Part shown: positions 1-12,347 of the stretch, in pieces
Numbering within the stretch: position 1 is the stretch's first letter
How the letters are laid out: every line of letters starts with the position of its first letter
Source of the DNA: Dictyostelium discoideum
Taxonomy: Eukaryota
Assembly: GCA_000004695.1 (NCBI GenBank)
Contig: CM000153.2
Location: 1,952,001 to 2,016,000, forward strand
Reading direction: 5' to 3'
Length of the DNA: 64,000 nt
The notes under the pieces: generated by a model
Seen by the model: the letters and a program-made list of their open reading frames with translations, nothing else
Databases searched by the model: none
What the model was told of the DNA's origin: nothing
Made by a program: the position numbers and the translations under genes

Positions 1-217
1 ACTACTGTAACTCCAAATATGACCACTCCTTCCATTATTAATTCTTCTCCTGCAATCGCTGCAAATTTATTGGAAGCTGATTCACTTTTACAAAAAAACA
101 ATCAATTATTAAAACAAATTAGAACAAGTGTTATGCAATTAACTGATCCTCAATCAACAATTTTAACTGAAGTAATTGAAAATATAAATAATAGTATTCA
201 ATTGTATGTTTTAAAAT

Positions 218-219
<2 letters not shown>
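1..219 (+). CDS. 3' end of an upstream gene (5'-partial); hypothetical protein C-terminus
   Basis: Reading frame is open from nt 1 through the ORF 19..219 (…TTVTPNMTTPSIINSSPAIAANLLEADSLLQKNNQLLKQIRTSVMQLTDPQ…), stop at 217-219. No recognisable domain. Followed by a poly(T) tract typical of a 3' flank. Confidence 0.35.
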
Positions 220-271
<52 letters not shown>

Positions 272-707
272 CCTTTTTATTATTTACTAACCTTTTTTAA
301 AATTTATCTATCTGAAAAAAAAAAAAAAAAAAAAAAAAGAACTGGAAAATGGAAAGATAATATTGAAATGCCACCTTTACCACTTAAAGTAAATGATTTA
401 ATACTTTCATTAATTTCAAATAATACAAGTTCATCATTCAAAAAACCATTATCAAAAAAGGTAACAGAATGGAATCTAGTTGTTGAAGATGATGCACCAA
501 CTCAAGATAAAAAATAATAATAATAATAATAAATTGTACAAAAAAAAAAAAAAGAGGTATAAATATATTTTTTTTTTTTTTTTTTCTTTTTTTTTTCCAA
601 ACAAATAAAAGTTTCCAAATCTAGTAATGTTTTAAAACTATTTTATAACACAATTGTGGTTTTTAATTATTTTATTTACAATTAAATTCTATTTTTTTTA
701 TTTTTAT

Positions 708-1586
708 TTATTTTTTAGTACCAACACCAATAAAACTAAATGATGTTAATTGTAATTTATTATTTTCAGAAGATCTTTTTGGATTTTTTGAATTTGCAAT
801 TTCAATGAATAATTGATCAAATTTTGATTTTAATTCTTCGCTATGTAATTGATCTAAACAGTCTAAATATGTAGGATTAGTTTTAAACATTGGCAGTAAA
901 TCGGAAATTTCATTTATTTCCATTGGATGCTCAACTTTTGTTATTGTGACATCAATGAAACCAACAGATTCTAAATGAGATTTAAAAAGAGATTCATTTG
1001 AAAGTGATAATGCAGTTTGATTATAAGTTGTTGGTTTACCATTTTCTTGTTCTGTTAATAATTGATCAGTGGTTTCTTGAAATACTTGAACCAAGAATGA
1101 ATCAGTACACCAAGCTGCTATTGCTGCACGACTTTGGTTATTGGATTTCAAAACACGGTGCATTTCATTCATACCCTTAATTAAATCTGGGAAAAATATT
1201 AAACCGAATATACTGAATGTGTAATCCACTGAATCGGTTTCAATAATCTCCAAGTTTTGACCGTCCATCACATGGGTTTCAATATTTTTAATATTATTAT
1301 CTTTGACTAATCTATCAACGATTTCAATCATTTTTGGGGAAAAATCAGTTGTAATGAATTTACTATTTTTATAAACTTCTGCACCATATAATGATAATGG
1401 TCCAGTACCAGCTGCAACATCTAATATTGTCATTGGTTTTTCATTAAATTCTTTTGGAATTGTTAAATTTAATGCATCCATTGCAAAATAGGTTGTAAAT
1501 CCAATTGTTGGTTTCAAAATGAATTTTGCCAATGTTTCTGCTGTAAGATCCCAACCATCTGCTGTTACTTGTTTTAAATTTGACAT
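708..1586 (-). CDS. Class I SAM-dependent methyltransferase (single exon, 292 aa)
   Basis: Uninterrupted ORF. Motif I 'ILDVAAGTGPLSLYGAEV' (GxGxG SAM-binding) and an acidic post-I residue (FITTDFSPKMIE) typical of the Methyltransf_11/12 fold. ATG at 1586-1584. Confidence 0.8.
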   Translation of the reverse strand: MSNLKQVTADGWDLTAETLAKFILKPTIGFTTYFAMDALNLTIPKEFNEKPMTILDVAAGTGPLSLYGAEVYKNSKFITTDFSPKMIEIVDRLVKDNNIKNIETHVMDGQNLEIIETDSVDYTFSIFGLIFFPDLIKGMNEMHRVLKSNNQSRAAIAAWCTDSFLVQVFQETTDQLLTEQENGKPTTYNQTALSLSNESLFKSHLESVGFIDVTITKVEHPMEINEISDLLPMFKTNPTYLDCLDQLHSEELKSKFDQLFIEIANSKNPKRSSENNKLQLTSFSFIGVGTKK

Positions 1587-1662
1587 TTCTATTCTTTTTT
1601 CTTTTTCTTAATAATAAAATAAACTGTTTTTTTTCTTGATTTAAATATGAAAAAAATTAATG

Positions 1663-1696
<34 letters not shown>

Positions 1697-1926
1697 AAAA
1701 AAATAAAAATAAAAATAATAAAAATTTATTTTTGGTAATTTTTTGCTGGCTTTTTTGGAAAAAGTCACTCCGCTAGCGGCATATGCGTTCCATCGAAAAA
1801 GACAACACATTGTTTTCTTGAGCAAAGTGGAAACTACATTTATAAAAAAATTAATTTTTAATTTAAATGTAATTTTAATCTCAAAAATTCGACAACTCTT
1901 CTTTTTTGATTAGACAAACCAAAATG

Positions 1927-1962
<36 letters not shown>

Positions 1963-2139
1963 TTAATAATAAAATAAATAAATTTATTAAAATTTTAACA
2001 ATTTGTCAGATGATTCGGGTGGTAAATATTGATAATAAAAAAAAATGGATTTTATTTTATTCCAATTTGCTAATTTTACAAGTATATGGTTGGAATATAA
2101 AACTTGGATTTTCTTTTTTTCTCTCTTTTCTTTTTTTTT

Positions 2140-2172
<33 letters not shown>

Positions 2173-2323
2173 GTTTTCTGAATTTATATTTACAATGGTC
2201 AATTACTTTAAGTATGTTTTTTTTTTTTTTTTTTGTTTTTTTTTTTTTTTTTTTTCAGTTTATATAAAATGGTAATATTTTCTATATACTATTATTAATA
2301 TTATATCGCTAAAAATATTTAAA

Positions 2324-2861
<538 letters not shown>

Positions 2862-3405
2862 AATTAAATCTGGATCTATATTTTTAAAAATAAATATATT
2901 AATATTATTTTGATTTTTTGATTTTTTCCAATCATTCTATTCTTTAAATCATTCGAAAAAAAATTTTAAAAAAAAAAAATGAATACTTACGATGTTTTGA
3001 CATTTTATAATTTTAATTATTTTTAATTATTATTAATATTAATGGTAATTATGGAATGAAAAAAAAAAATGAAATTAAAAGTTCAAAAATGCTTTTTATG
3101 AAAAATAAAAATAAAAACAAAAATAAAAAAAAGAGGAAAAAAAAAATGTTTTGTTTTTTTTTTTTTTTATTTTTTTTTTTTTTTTTTTTTTTTTTATTTC
3201 AAAAATTTTCATAAAAACGAAAAAACATCAGTATTGTTAAAATAATTGTTGTTGATATTTGTTTTTTTTTTTTTTAGATTAAAATTTTAATAAAATAAAA
3301 AAAAAATAAAAGATCAGATTGGATTTAAAATATACATTCAAAAAAAAAGTAATAAATCAATAACCAACAACCAATAATTATAATAATATACATATATAGC
3401 AAATA

Positions 3406-4628
3406 ATGTTCAATTTTGGAAATTTTTGTAAAAGCTTTAGCAAAATCACATTAAGCAATAATATCACAGGTTTCAGAACCATTGTTTCAAGACCAAATGA
3501 AATTTCATTAAACAATTTAAGAGATAATCCAGGTGCTGTTACAAAAGTAAGTTCACCTTTTTACTACAAACTACATACCCACACGCATTCACATTCACAT
3601 ATATGTATGATTGGGGGAGAGGGAGGAGACAGGGGTGATTGTATCATATCTATATGTTTGTTAAATAAAATCAAAATATTAACACAAAGTTTTATTTATT
3701 TATATGTATATAGAAAGTTAGAGTTGGTAGAGGTATTGGTTCAGGTAGAGGTAAGACTTCTACTAGAGGTCATTCTGGTCAAAAAGCAAGAGCTGGTCAT
3801 AGTAAGTTTCAAATAAAATTTATATTTAAAATTTGTTTCCAATTCGAAAAAAAGTATCCTAATAAATAATAATAATAATAACATAATAATAATTTAGATA
3901 TTCCAAGAGCATTTGAAGGTGGTCAAACACAATTATTTAAAAAGATGAGAAAATATGGTTTTTCAAATGCCAGATTTGAAAGAGTACTCACTCCAATCAA
4001 TTTCAATACTTTGGATAGATTAATTAGAGAAAATAGAATAAACCCAAATGAAACAATCACAATGAAACATTTATTCGATGCAAACTGTACTGGTGCAATC
4101 AAACATGGTATTAAACTTTTATCTGATGTATGATTTCTTTCAACTTTTTTTCTTTTTTTTTTTTATAATTTATCAAATTACTAACCAATACCTTTTTTGG
4201 AAAATTATTTTTATTATTATTTGGAAAAATAAATTCAATTTTTGGATTCAAATAAAAAAACAAACAAACAAACAAACAAACAAATATATCAAAACTATTT
4301 TTAATAATAAAATCAATTAATTAATTATTTAGGGTAAACAAAATTTCAAACATAAAATTAATATTGAATTATCAGATTTTTCAGCACCAGCAAGAGAAAC
4401 AGTTGAAGCTTTAGGTGGTGTCGCTAAAAATGTTTATTATGATCGTCTTGGTTTAAGATTTTTATTAAAACCACATAAATTTGATTTTGTACCAAACAGA
4501 GCAAGAGTACCATTAAAATATGTAAGCAAATATCCAGATCATGTCACTGGTTATATGGGTGCTTACTCAACCAAGGGTGAAAAATTCCTCAAAGTTCAAG
4601 AAGAACAAGAACAAGAACAAAAACAATA
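3406..4628 (+). CDS. mrpl15: Mitochondrial ribosomal protein uL15 (bacterial L15/rplO type); 4 exons: 3406..3546, 3714..3801, 3898..4127, 4332..4628
   Basis: Exon 2 encodes [29 protein letters not shown], the uL15 N-terminal glycine-rich signature. Exon 3 encodes [21 protein letters not shown]… (the uL15 'FEGGQ.PL.RRLPKRGF' block). Exon 4 ends with …[15 protein letters not shown]… matching the L15 C-terminus. Exon 1 is a presequence-like N-terminus. Donors are GTAAGT (3547), GTAAGT (3802) and GTATGA (4128). Acceptors are tatatag|, aatttag| and tatttag|. Phases are consistent (0,1,0). Confidence 0.8.
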
Positions 4629-4884
4629 AAAATACATATATAAAAATAAATAAAAAAAAATTTTAAAAAAAGAAAAAAAAGGATAATTATAATGGATTAT
4701 TGGTTGAATTTATAATGTGAAATAATTGTTTTTTTTTTTTTTTTTTTTTTTTTGATTTGTTAAGATACTATACATTTTTACACTTTTATTTTTTTTATTA
4801 TTATTGTTATATTATTTTGGTTGAATTAAATAATTAATTATTAATAATTGTACTTGTTTGTTTTTTTTTTGATTTGTTAAATAG

Positions 4885-4915
<31 letters not shown>

Positions 4916-4974
4916 GGATTTGTTCACTGTTTAGTGTTTAGTGTTTAGTTTTGTTTTTTTTTTTGTTAATTTTT

Positions 4975-7735
4975 TTATGATGATGAAGTTTCATTATTTG
5001 AAGAAGAAGTTGAAGTTAAAGGAGCGGTCGAAGAAGATGATGATGAAGAAACTTTATCTCTATTTTCTTCTTCATCAATTTTTGGTAATTTTGATTTAAC
5101 CAAAATTGTTGGATCTTCCATAAATTGGAGATCATCATCATTACATTTACCTTCTTTTTGTAATTCCATGTATGCTTGCCAATTTTCACGATTTTTACTA
5201 ATTACCTTTAATAGGAATTGACTTTCTTTTAAGAACTTTGCCATACTTTGGAAAAGAGGTGATGCAACGAAATCTATGAAATCCGCTGCGATTCTTGCTC
5301 TTGTGGTTTTGGTTTTATCCATAAATGGTGTAACTGGATAACCACAAATAGTTTCATAATGTGATTGTTGGAAAAATTCATCTGAAACTCTTAAAGACCA
5401 TTCAAAATTTAAATGCCATGGTCTTGCAATATTTGAAATATCACCGCACTTTTATTGTTTTTATTTTATTTTATTTTAATTAATTAGTTTTATCTATTAG
5501 TAAACTTTTATTATAAAGTATTTTATAATTAATTAATTAATTAAATTAATTTATAATCTATATATTTACCTTTATTAAGAAATTTAAAATCATTTGTCTA
5601 TCTTCTTTTTTATTTCTATCAAATGGTAAATTATTTAAATGATGTTGAAATTTATTAGTATGTTCAAAATGATTTTGCATATCAGTTGCTAAAATCAATT
5701 GAACTACTGATCTTCTTAATTCTTTGTATTGATCTTCATTTAAACCTTCTAATATATTACACTCACTATTTCTTAAAATTTTAAATGTTAACATAGCATG
5801 ATGATTCTAAATAAAAAAAAAAATATTAAAAAATATTAGTAATAATTATTATTATTATTATTTTAAAATTAATAAAAAATTATAATTACCTCTAATACAG
5901 AAATATCATTATATTCTAATGATAATTCAGTTTGAGCATTAACTTGAAAAGTATTATTAAAACCTGGATGATTTAAATCGTGACACATACAAGAGATTAA
6001 TAGAGCGAAAATATCCAAATGGGTTAAATATTGAGCGGCATTGAAAGAGGTTAAAAAAGTGTAAACAGTTTGAGTGACATCAAAGGCATGAGTAAAATTA
6101 TGATAACGGTTATTTTTTCGGTATAGTGCATTAACTGTCATGATGAAACGTTGTAACTTTTCAATAGGAATTTTAAAAATTTCGGGTAATTGAAAGTTTT
6201 CAAACATATCCACCAATAATGGCATTAAATCATCTTCAGAGTATTTGAAAACATCAAACTCCCAACCTTTGATCACTTCTTTGGTATCACGATTATATGT
6301 AGTTTGAGGGAAAGTTGGTATTGAATTTCTACGACTTGTAGTTGACGAAAACTCTGAAACCAAGAAACTCTTTGTAACTGGGTCAACTGAATCATTCTTT
6401 ATCAACTTTTCAAAACTTGGTCTGTAAATATTTGAAGAACCCAACTCCTTTAAAATTGAGCTTAGTTTCTCCTTGATCTCTGATTCATAATGAGACCAAC
6501 TACTTTGCTTCAATAGCTCCTCAATGTTTCTTGTGACTGATACCAATGGTGATTCCATTGCTTCCTTTGAGATTGAAGACATTTTCGATACTTTTTTGGT
6601 TAACTCTTCAATCTCATGTTCTTTCAATTCCATCTCCTTTGCTAATTTATTACCTTTCTCTCTTTCTTGTGCCAACGTTGCTTTATATTCTTCCTCTTTT
6701 CTTCTTTGCCAAATACTTTGTAAAACTGTATCAATCTTTTTCTTTAATAATTCCTTTGCAATTGGTTTTGTTAAAAAATCTTGTCCACCAATTTTAATTG
6801 TATCATTTGCATATTTATAATCTACTGCTGTTCCTGACATTACTAATAAATTAATTAATTAATTAATAAATTAATTAATAAATTAATTAATAATTTTGAT
6901 TAAAATATACATACAAATAACTGGTATATGTCTGTGAACTGGATGATCATTAATTCTTTGTAATAAATCAAAGCCTGTAATATGTGGCATCATTACATCT
7001 GTTAATACTAAATCATATTTTTGTTGACCTTTATTTATATATTCCCATGCTATTTCTCCATTTGGTACTAATGTAACTAATAAAATAAAATAAATAATTA
7101 TAAAAAAAAAAAAAAAAAAAAAAAAGGAATATTAGATATTTTTAAAAATAATTTTAGTGGTAGAGTAATTTAATTTTACCATTATAATGAAATTTTTTAA
7201 GTAAATTATTTAAAATCTTTCTTTGAACATCGTCATCATCTGCAACTAAAATCCTAACTTTTGATGGACTATACTCATCAGAAAAATCCGATACTCTATG
7301 AGAAGATGGAGATGGTTGGTCGTTCAATTTGTCTCCAAATCCATTATTATGACCATTGACTAATGGTTCATAATTATTATTATTAATATTATTATTATTA
7401 ATATTATTATTATTGTTGTTACTATTATTATTACTATTATGATTACTGGTGGTAGTTGTTGTAGTTGTTGTTGTAGTGTTATTACTGCTACTATTATTTT
7501 CTAATGATACAATATCTTTTTGTTTTTCGTTGTTATTACTGTTGTTGTTGTTGTTATTGTTGTTGTTATTTTTGTTGTCATTTCCTTTGGAATGAACATT
7601 TAAATTCTCTATTCCCGATATCATAGATTTTAATGATGTTGAATCGTTATTCGATGGCGATGAAGAAGATGATGGTGATGGTGATGTCGACGTTGAAGAA
7701 AGAAATTGGTCTATTTCTTCTTGTTTGTTATTCAT
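4975..7735 (-). CDS. regA: RegA: response-regulator receiver domain fused to an HD-type cAMP phosphodiesterase; 5 exons: 7735..7180, 7076..6915, 6842..5890, 5806..5570, 5448..4975 (793 aa)
   Basis: Exons 1-3 encode a CheY-like receiver: VRILVADDDDVQRKILNNLLKKFHYN | VTLVPNGEIAWEYINKGQQKYDLVLTDVMMPHITGFDLLQRINDHPVHRHIPVI | LMSGTAVDYKYANDTIKIGGQDFLTKP. Exons 3-5 encode a class-I PDE catalytic domain (YHNFTHAFDV, HDLNHPG, YNDISVLENHHA, LATDMQNHF, CGDISNIARPW). The donor/acceptor pairs are GTAAAA/ttattag, GTATGT/tattag, GTAATT/tatttag and GTAAAT/aataaaag, all phase-consistent. The summed coding length is 2382 nt, giving 793 aa, which matches the size I recall for D. discoideum RegA. Confidence 0.9.
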
Positions 7736-9043
7736 GTTTTAAAATAAAACAATTTTTTTTTTTTTTTTTTTTTTTTTAATTATTTATTTTACTTGGAATT
7801 TTTATTATTGTTTTATTTTTATTTTTTTTATTTTTTTATTTTTTATTTTTTTATGTTGGTTTCTATATCTACTATTATAAATTTTAAAAAAAAAAATAAT
7901 GATATTTCTATTAATATTAAAATTTTAAGATTATTGAGGTTTTTTTTTTAAAAAAAAAAAATATTTTCTTTTTTTTATTATTATTTTTTTTTTATTATTA
8001 TTTGTTTTTAATTTATTTTTATTACAAATATTTGATACAAAATGGGGGTAAAAAAAAATAGAAAAAAAAAAAAAAACAATATTAAATAATGTTTAAGAAA
8101 TTTCTACCAATATTTGACAACATGTATTGTTTTATTTGGTTTTTAAAGAAAAAGAAGGAAGAAAAAAAAAAAAAAATTAAAAAAAAAAAAAATGTTATTT
8201 GAAAAAAAAAAAAAAAAAGTTGAATTATAATTTTTGGTTTTTTCCCTTAAAAGGTATTTGAGTGAGCAAAAAAAAAAAAAAACAAAACAAAACAATAAGG
8301 AAAAATTTAAAATGGCAAAAAATTAAAAAAAGAAAAAAAAAAAATTAAAAATAAAAAAAAAATAAAAAAAAAATTAAAAATAAAAAAATAAAAAAAAAAA
8401 AAATTTTGTTAGATATTTTTGTTAGATAAAAAGATAAATATTATAAAATATTTTTAAATATAGTCCAGTAATGATAAAGAATATATATATAATTATGTAA
8501 TGTTGGGTTATTATTATTATTATTTTTTTTTTTTTTTTTTTATTTGTTTTTATTTTTATTTATTTTTTTTATATTTTTATTTTTTATATTTTATTTTTTT
8601 TATTTTGAATTTATTTTTATTATAAACTATTAAAAAAATTATTGTTTATTATAAAATTTTATATAAAAATTAAAAATAATTTAAAAAATAAACAAATAAA
8701 AAAATATTACCTTTATTTTTTATTTTTTTTTTTAATTAAATAAAAAAAAAAAAAAGATTATCAAAAAAGCTTGCTTGCCAATAAAATTTGAATGATAATA
8801 AATTAATAAATAAATAAATGAGAAAAAAAAAAAAAATTAAATTTATAAATCTATCTATATAGAAATTTGAATTATAACAGTAATGATAAAACTTGATGTA
8901 AAAAGAAGAAAAGAAAAAAAAAAAAAAAAAAAAAAAAATTAAAAATAAAAATAAAAACAAAAATAAAAAATTAAAAATAAAAATAAAAAACAAAGTGGTA
9001 AAAAAAAAAAAAAAAAAAAAAAAATAATAATAATAATATAAAT

Positions 9044-9080
<37 letters not shown>

Positions 9081-9428
9081 ATAAAATAGAGATTTTTTTT
9101 TATTTTTTTTTTTTTTATTTTTTTTCTTTTTTAAATACGATCAACAGTTGTAGTTGTTTTAATTTAAAAATAATTATTGGATCACTTGGAAAGCAAATAA
9201 AATAGTTGTGATGGTAGTAAGTTGTAGTTTTAGTTGGAAGTATAGGGGGATCGTGGTGGTTAATTAAAAAATAAAAAAAAAAAAAAAAAAATATTAGAGT
9301 TGAAAAAATAAAAAGGGAGAAAATTGTGTAAAGTTACAAATTTGTAAAATTTGATAGTTATAATGTTGGCCAGTATACAAAAAAAATCTCGAATCCTTTG
9401 TTGAAAAAAAAAAAAAGTGTATACAAAA

Positions 9429-9463
<35 letters not shown>

Positions 9464-9542
9464 CAAAGTTTTTTTTTACACTTTTAAATAAAAGATCTTC
9501 ATTACATAGGCGATACATAGTTAAAAGAATTAATATAAACAA

Positions 9543-9586
<44 letters not shown>

Positions 9587-9685
9587 GGAGTTCAAAGTTT
9601 AGTTTGACCAAATTTTTGAATGAAAAAAATAAATTAATAAAAATAATATTTTAAGCCCAAACCACTTATTTTTTTTTTATTTTCT

Positions 9686-9693
9686 TATTTATT

Positions 9694-9744
<51 letters not shown>

Positions 9745-9768
9745 TTCATTTATTTATTTATTTATTTT
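9686..9768. repeat. (ATTT)n microsatellite
   Basis: tttatttatttattta… about 20 units, visible directly in the intergenic region. Confidence 0.8.
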
Positions 9769-9985
9769 TATAAAAAAAAAATAAAAAAAAAAAAAAAAAA
9801 AAATATCTTTGGGGTGCAAAAAAAAAAAAAAAAAAAAAAATATCTTTGAGGGTATTAAAAAAAAAAAAAAATAAAAAAAAAAATAAGTGAAATTTAATCA
9901 AATTTTAGAATAAACATAAAATAAACTAATATAATATTAAGTTAGAAACACTTATTATTCATTTATTTATTTGTTTTTTTTTTTG

Positions 9986-10105
9986 GAATTTGAATTTGGC
10001 TATGGGTTGGGAAAGATCATTTTTGTTGATTTTTTTTTTTTTTTAGAATTTGAATTTGGCTATGGGTTGGGAAAGATCATTTTTATTGATTTTTTTTTTT
10101 TTTTT
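9986..10105. repeat. Tandem duplication of a ~60-bp unit (2 copies, 1 mismatch) about 260 bp upstream of the sterol-reductase ATG
   Basis: The unit ggaatttgaatttggctatgggttgggaaagatcatttttgttgatttttttttttt… occurs twice head-to-tail. It is unusually GC-rich for this intergenic DNA. Confidence 0.8.
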
Positions 10106-10128
10106 AATTTTTAATTTTTTTTATTTTT

Positions 10129-10162
<34 letters not shown>

Positions 10163-10361
10163 ACTCGTTTTAATCACTCGACCAAAAAATTTTTTTTTTT
10201 TTTTTTTTTCTTTTTTTTCTTTTTCTTTCATTAAAAAAAAACATTACAATAATAATAATAATTTATATATATTTAAATTTGGATAAATAATTTTTATAAT
10301 TAACTTTCCAATATTTTATTTTTTTTATTATTAATATTATTTTTTTTTTTAACTCAACAAA

Positions 10362-11750
10362 ATGTCAGCAGTTAGAAATAGAAATAACGTTGAAAAGCAA
10401 TCAAACAATGGTGCTCAATTAACAGAAGTCCAAAAGAAAGAATTAGCCGACTTACAAAAAGTTCATCCAGCTAATGAATTCGGTGGTATTATTGGTACCT
10501 TCCTCTTAACTTTTATTCTCCCAGTTGTTGTCTATTGGATTTGGGCATCAATTGAATTCAACAATGGTTATCTCTTACGTCCAGAAACCCTTTCAGTCGA
10601 AGGTGTCAAAGCATTCTTGGCTCAACTCTACCACTATGTCATCACTTACGCCTACCCAACCAAAGAAGCAGCCATCATCTACTTCTCATGGTTTGGTTTC
10701 CAAGCATTCCTTCAACACGTTGTTCCAGGTCGTAAAGTTTTAGGTTCACCATTACCAGGTGGTGCTCGTCTCGAATACACCCTCAATGGTTGGGCTTCAT
10801 GGTGGATCACACTCATTGTCATCCCAATTGCCATCTATTTCGGTCTCTTCAAAGCCACCATCCTCATTGACAACTACGCCCCAATGATGACCGTCGTCAA
10901 CATTTGGTCCTTTGTTTTCACTTTCCTCTTAAAAATCCACGCCAAATTAAAGGGTGAAGAAGAACGTATGTCAGGTCACTTCTTTTACGATTTCTGGATG
11001 GGTTTTGCTCGTAATCCACGTATCGGTTCATTCGATCTCAAACTTTTCTGTGAAGCTCGTCCAGGTCTCATCCTTTGGGTTTTAATGAATTTCTCAATTG
11101 CTGCCAAACAACTCGAAGTCTACGGTGAAATTTCACTCTCTGTCATCTTGGTTTGTTGTTTCCACTTCTGGTACATTGCCGATTACTATTATCACGAAGA
11201 AGCCATCCTTACCACTATGGATATCATCACTGAAAAATTCGGTTACATGTTAGTTTATGGTGATTTATCATGGGTCCCATTCACCTATTGTTTCCAATGT
11301 TACTACCTCTACAAACATTTAGTCAACGGTGCTCCATTACACATCTCTATTGGTTACGCCATCTTTGTTGTCTCTTTGAAATGTTTCGGTTTCTATCTCT
11401 TCCGTTGGGTTAACTCACAAAAACACGATTTCCGTCGTAATCCAGAAGCTCCAGTTTGGGGTAAACCAGCTGAATTCATCCTCACCAAACGTGGTACTAA
11501 ATTATTATGCTCTGGTTTCTGGGGTATTTGCCGTCATCTTAACTACACTGGTGATATTATCTTATCATGGGCTTGGTGTCTTCCATGTCAATTCGATTCA
11601 CTTGCTCCATACTTTTATGGTATTTACTTTACTTCATTAGATCTCCACCGTTGTTGGAGAGATCATAATGCTTGTTTAGTTAAATATGGTGATGATTGGA
11701 GAGCTTATTGTAAACGTGTTCCATACAATTTCATTCCAGGTTTAATTTAA
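10362..11750 (+). CDS. ERG4/ERG24-family sterol reductase (7-dehydrocholesterol reductase / delta14-sterol reductase-like), single exon, 462 aa
   Basis: Polytopic membrane protein ending in the family signature …LLCSGFWGICRHLNYTGDIILSWAWCL…YFTSLDLHRCWRDHNACLVKYGDDWRAYCKRVPYNFIPGLI (LLxSGWWgxxRHxNYxGD … RD..C..KYG..W..Y…VPYRiiPgif). Codon usage is strong (C-ending codons), consistent with a well-expressed gene. Confidence 0.85.
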   Translation: MSAVRNRNNVEKQSNNGAQLTEVQKKELADLQKVHPANEFGGIIGTFLLTFILPVVVYWIWASIEFNNGYLLRPETLSVEGVKAFLAQLYHYVITYAYPTKEAAIIYFSWFGFQAFLQHVVPGRKVLGSPLPGGARLEYTLNGWASWWITLIVIPIAIYFGLFKATILIDNYAPMMTVVNIWSFVFTFLLKIHAKLKGEEERMSGHFFYDFWMGFARNPRIGSFDLKLFCEARPGLILWVLMNFSIAAKQLEVYGEISLSVILVCCFHFWYIADYYYHEEAILTTMDIITEKFGYMLVYGDLSWVPFTYCFQCYYLYKHLVNGAPLHISIGYAIFVVSLKCFGFYLFRWVNSQKHDFRRNPEAPVWGKPAEFILTKRGTKLLCSGFWGICRHLNYTGDIILSWAWCLPCQFDSLAPYFYGIYFTSLDLHRCWRDHNACLVKYGDDWRAYCKRVPYNFIPGLI

Positions 11751-11780
11751 ATAAATAATTTTTAAACTTTTAAATATTTA

Positions 11781-11819
<39 letters not shown>

Positions 11820-11939
11820 ATTATTATTATTATATTTATTTTATTTTATTTTTTTGTTAAATTTATATATTTTTAAAATCAACTAACAAAAAAAAAAAAA
11901 AAAAAAAAAGTGATTTATTAAATCTTTTTATTCATTTTT

Positions 11940-11976
<37 letters not shown>

Positions 11977-12241
11977 TATTTTACTCATATGATTAAGTTT
12001 TAAATTAAGAATTAAATTTGGATTTAAATAATCCTACAAGATAATAGGAATAATTAATTTGGCACATTTCCAGGTTTTTTATTTAAAAAAAAAAAAAATA
12101 AAAAAAAAAAAAAAAAAAGAAAAATAAAAGAAAAAAGAAAAAAAAAAGAAAAAAAAAATAATTTCAAATACTCTGAAAATTAATTAAAAATTTTATAAAT
12201 TTTATTTTTTAAAATAAACAAATAGATATAAATAAATAAAA

Positions 12242-12311
12242 ATGAATAGAGAATTAAAAGCAGTTGATGTTTTGGAGTGTATCCCAAATAATAAATTATT
12301 TGCAAGTATGT

Positions 12312-12347
<36 letters not shown>

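Noticed and set aside
998-1180. Antisense and alternate-frame ORFs inside accepted genes: 998..1180, 6524..6820, 6546..6797, 10525..10743, 17024..17227, 23228..23431, 27425..27622, 31347..31604, 31736..31918, 33155..33361, 51323..51526, 52963..53202, 54515..54760, 54941..55159, 63100..63384
   Set aside because: Each overlaps a well-supported gene on the other strand or in another frame. Short, no motifs.
1589-2275. ORFs 1589..1825(-), 1987..2202(-), 2010..2267(+), 2045..2275(+) rich in F/K
   Set aside because: Poly(T)/poly(A) and AT-rich intergenic DNA read in-frame. No start context, no complexity.
8736-9611. ORFs 8736..8993(-), 9260..9466(-), 9294..9611(-) (poly-F/poly-K)
   Set aside because: Homopolymer-driven artefacts in the regA upstream intergenic region.
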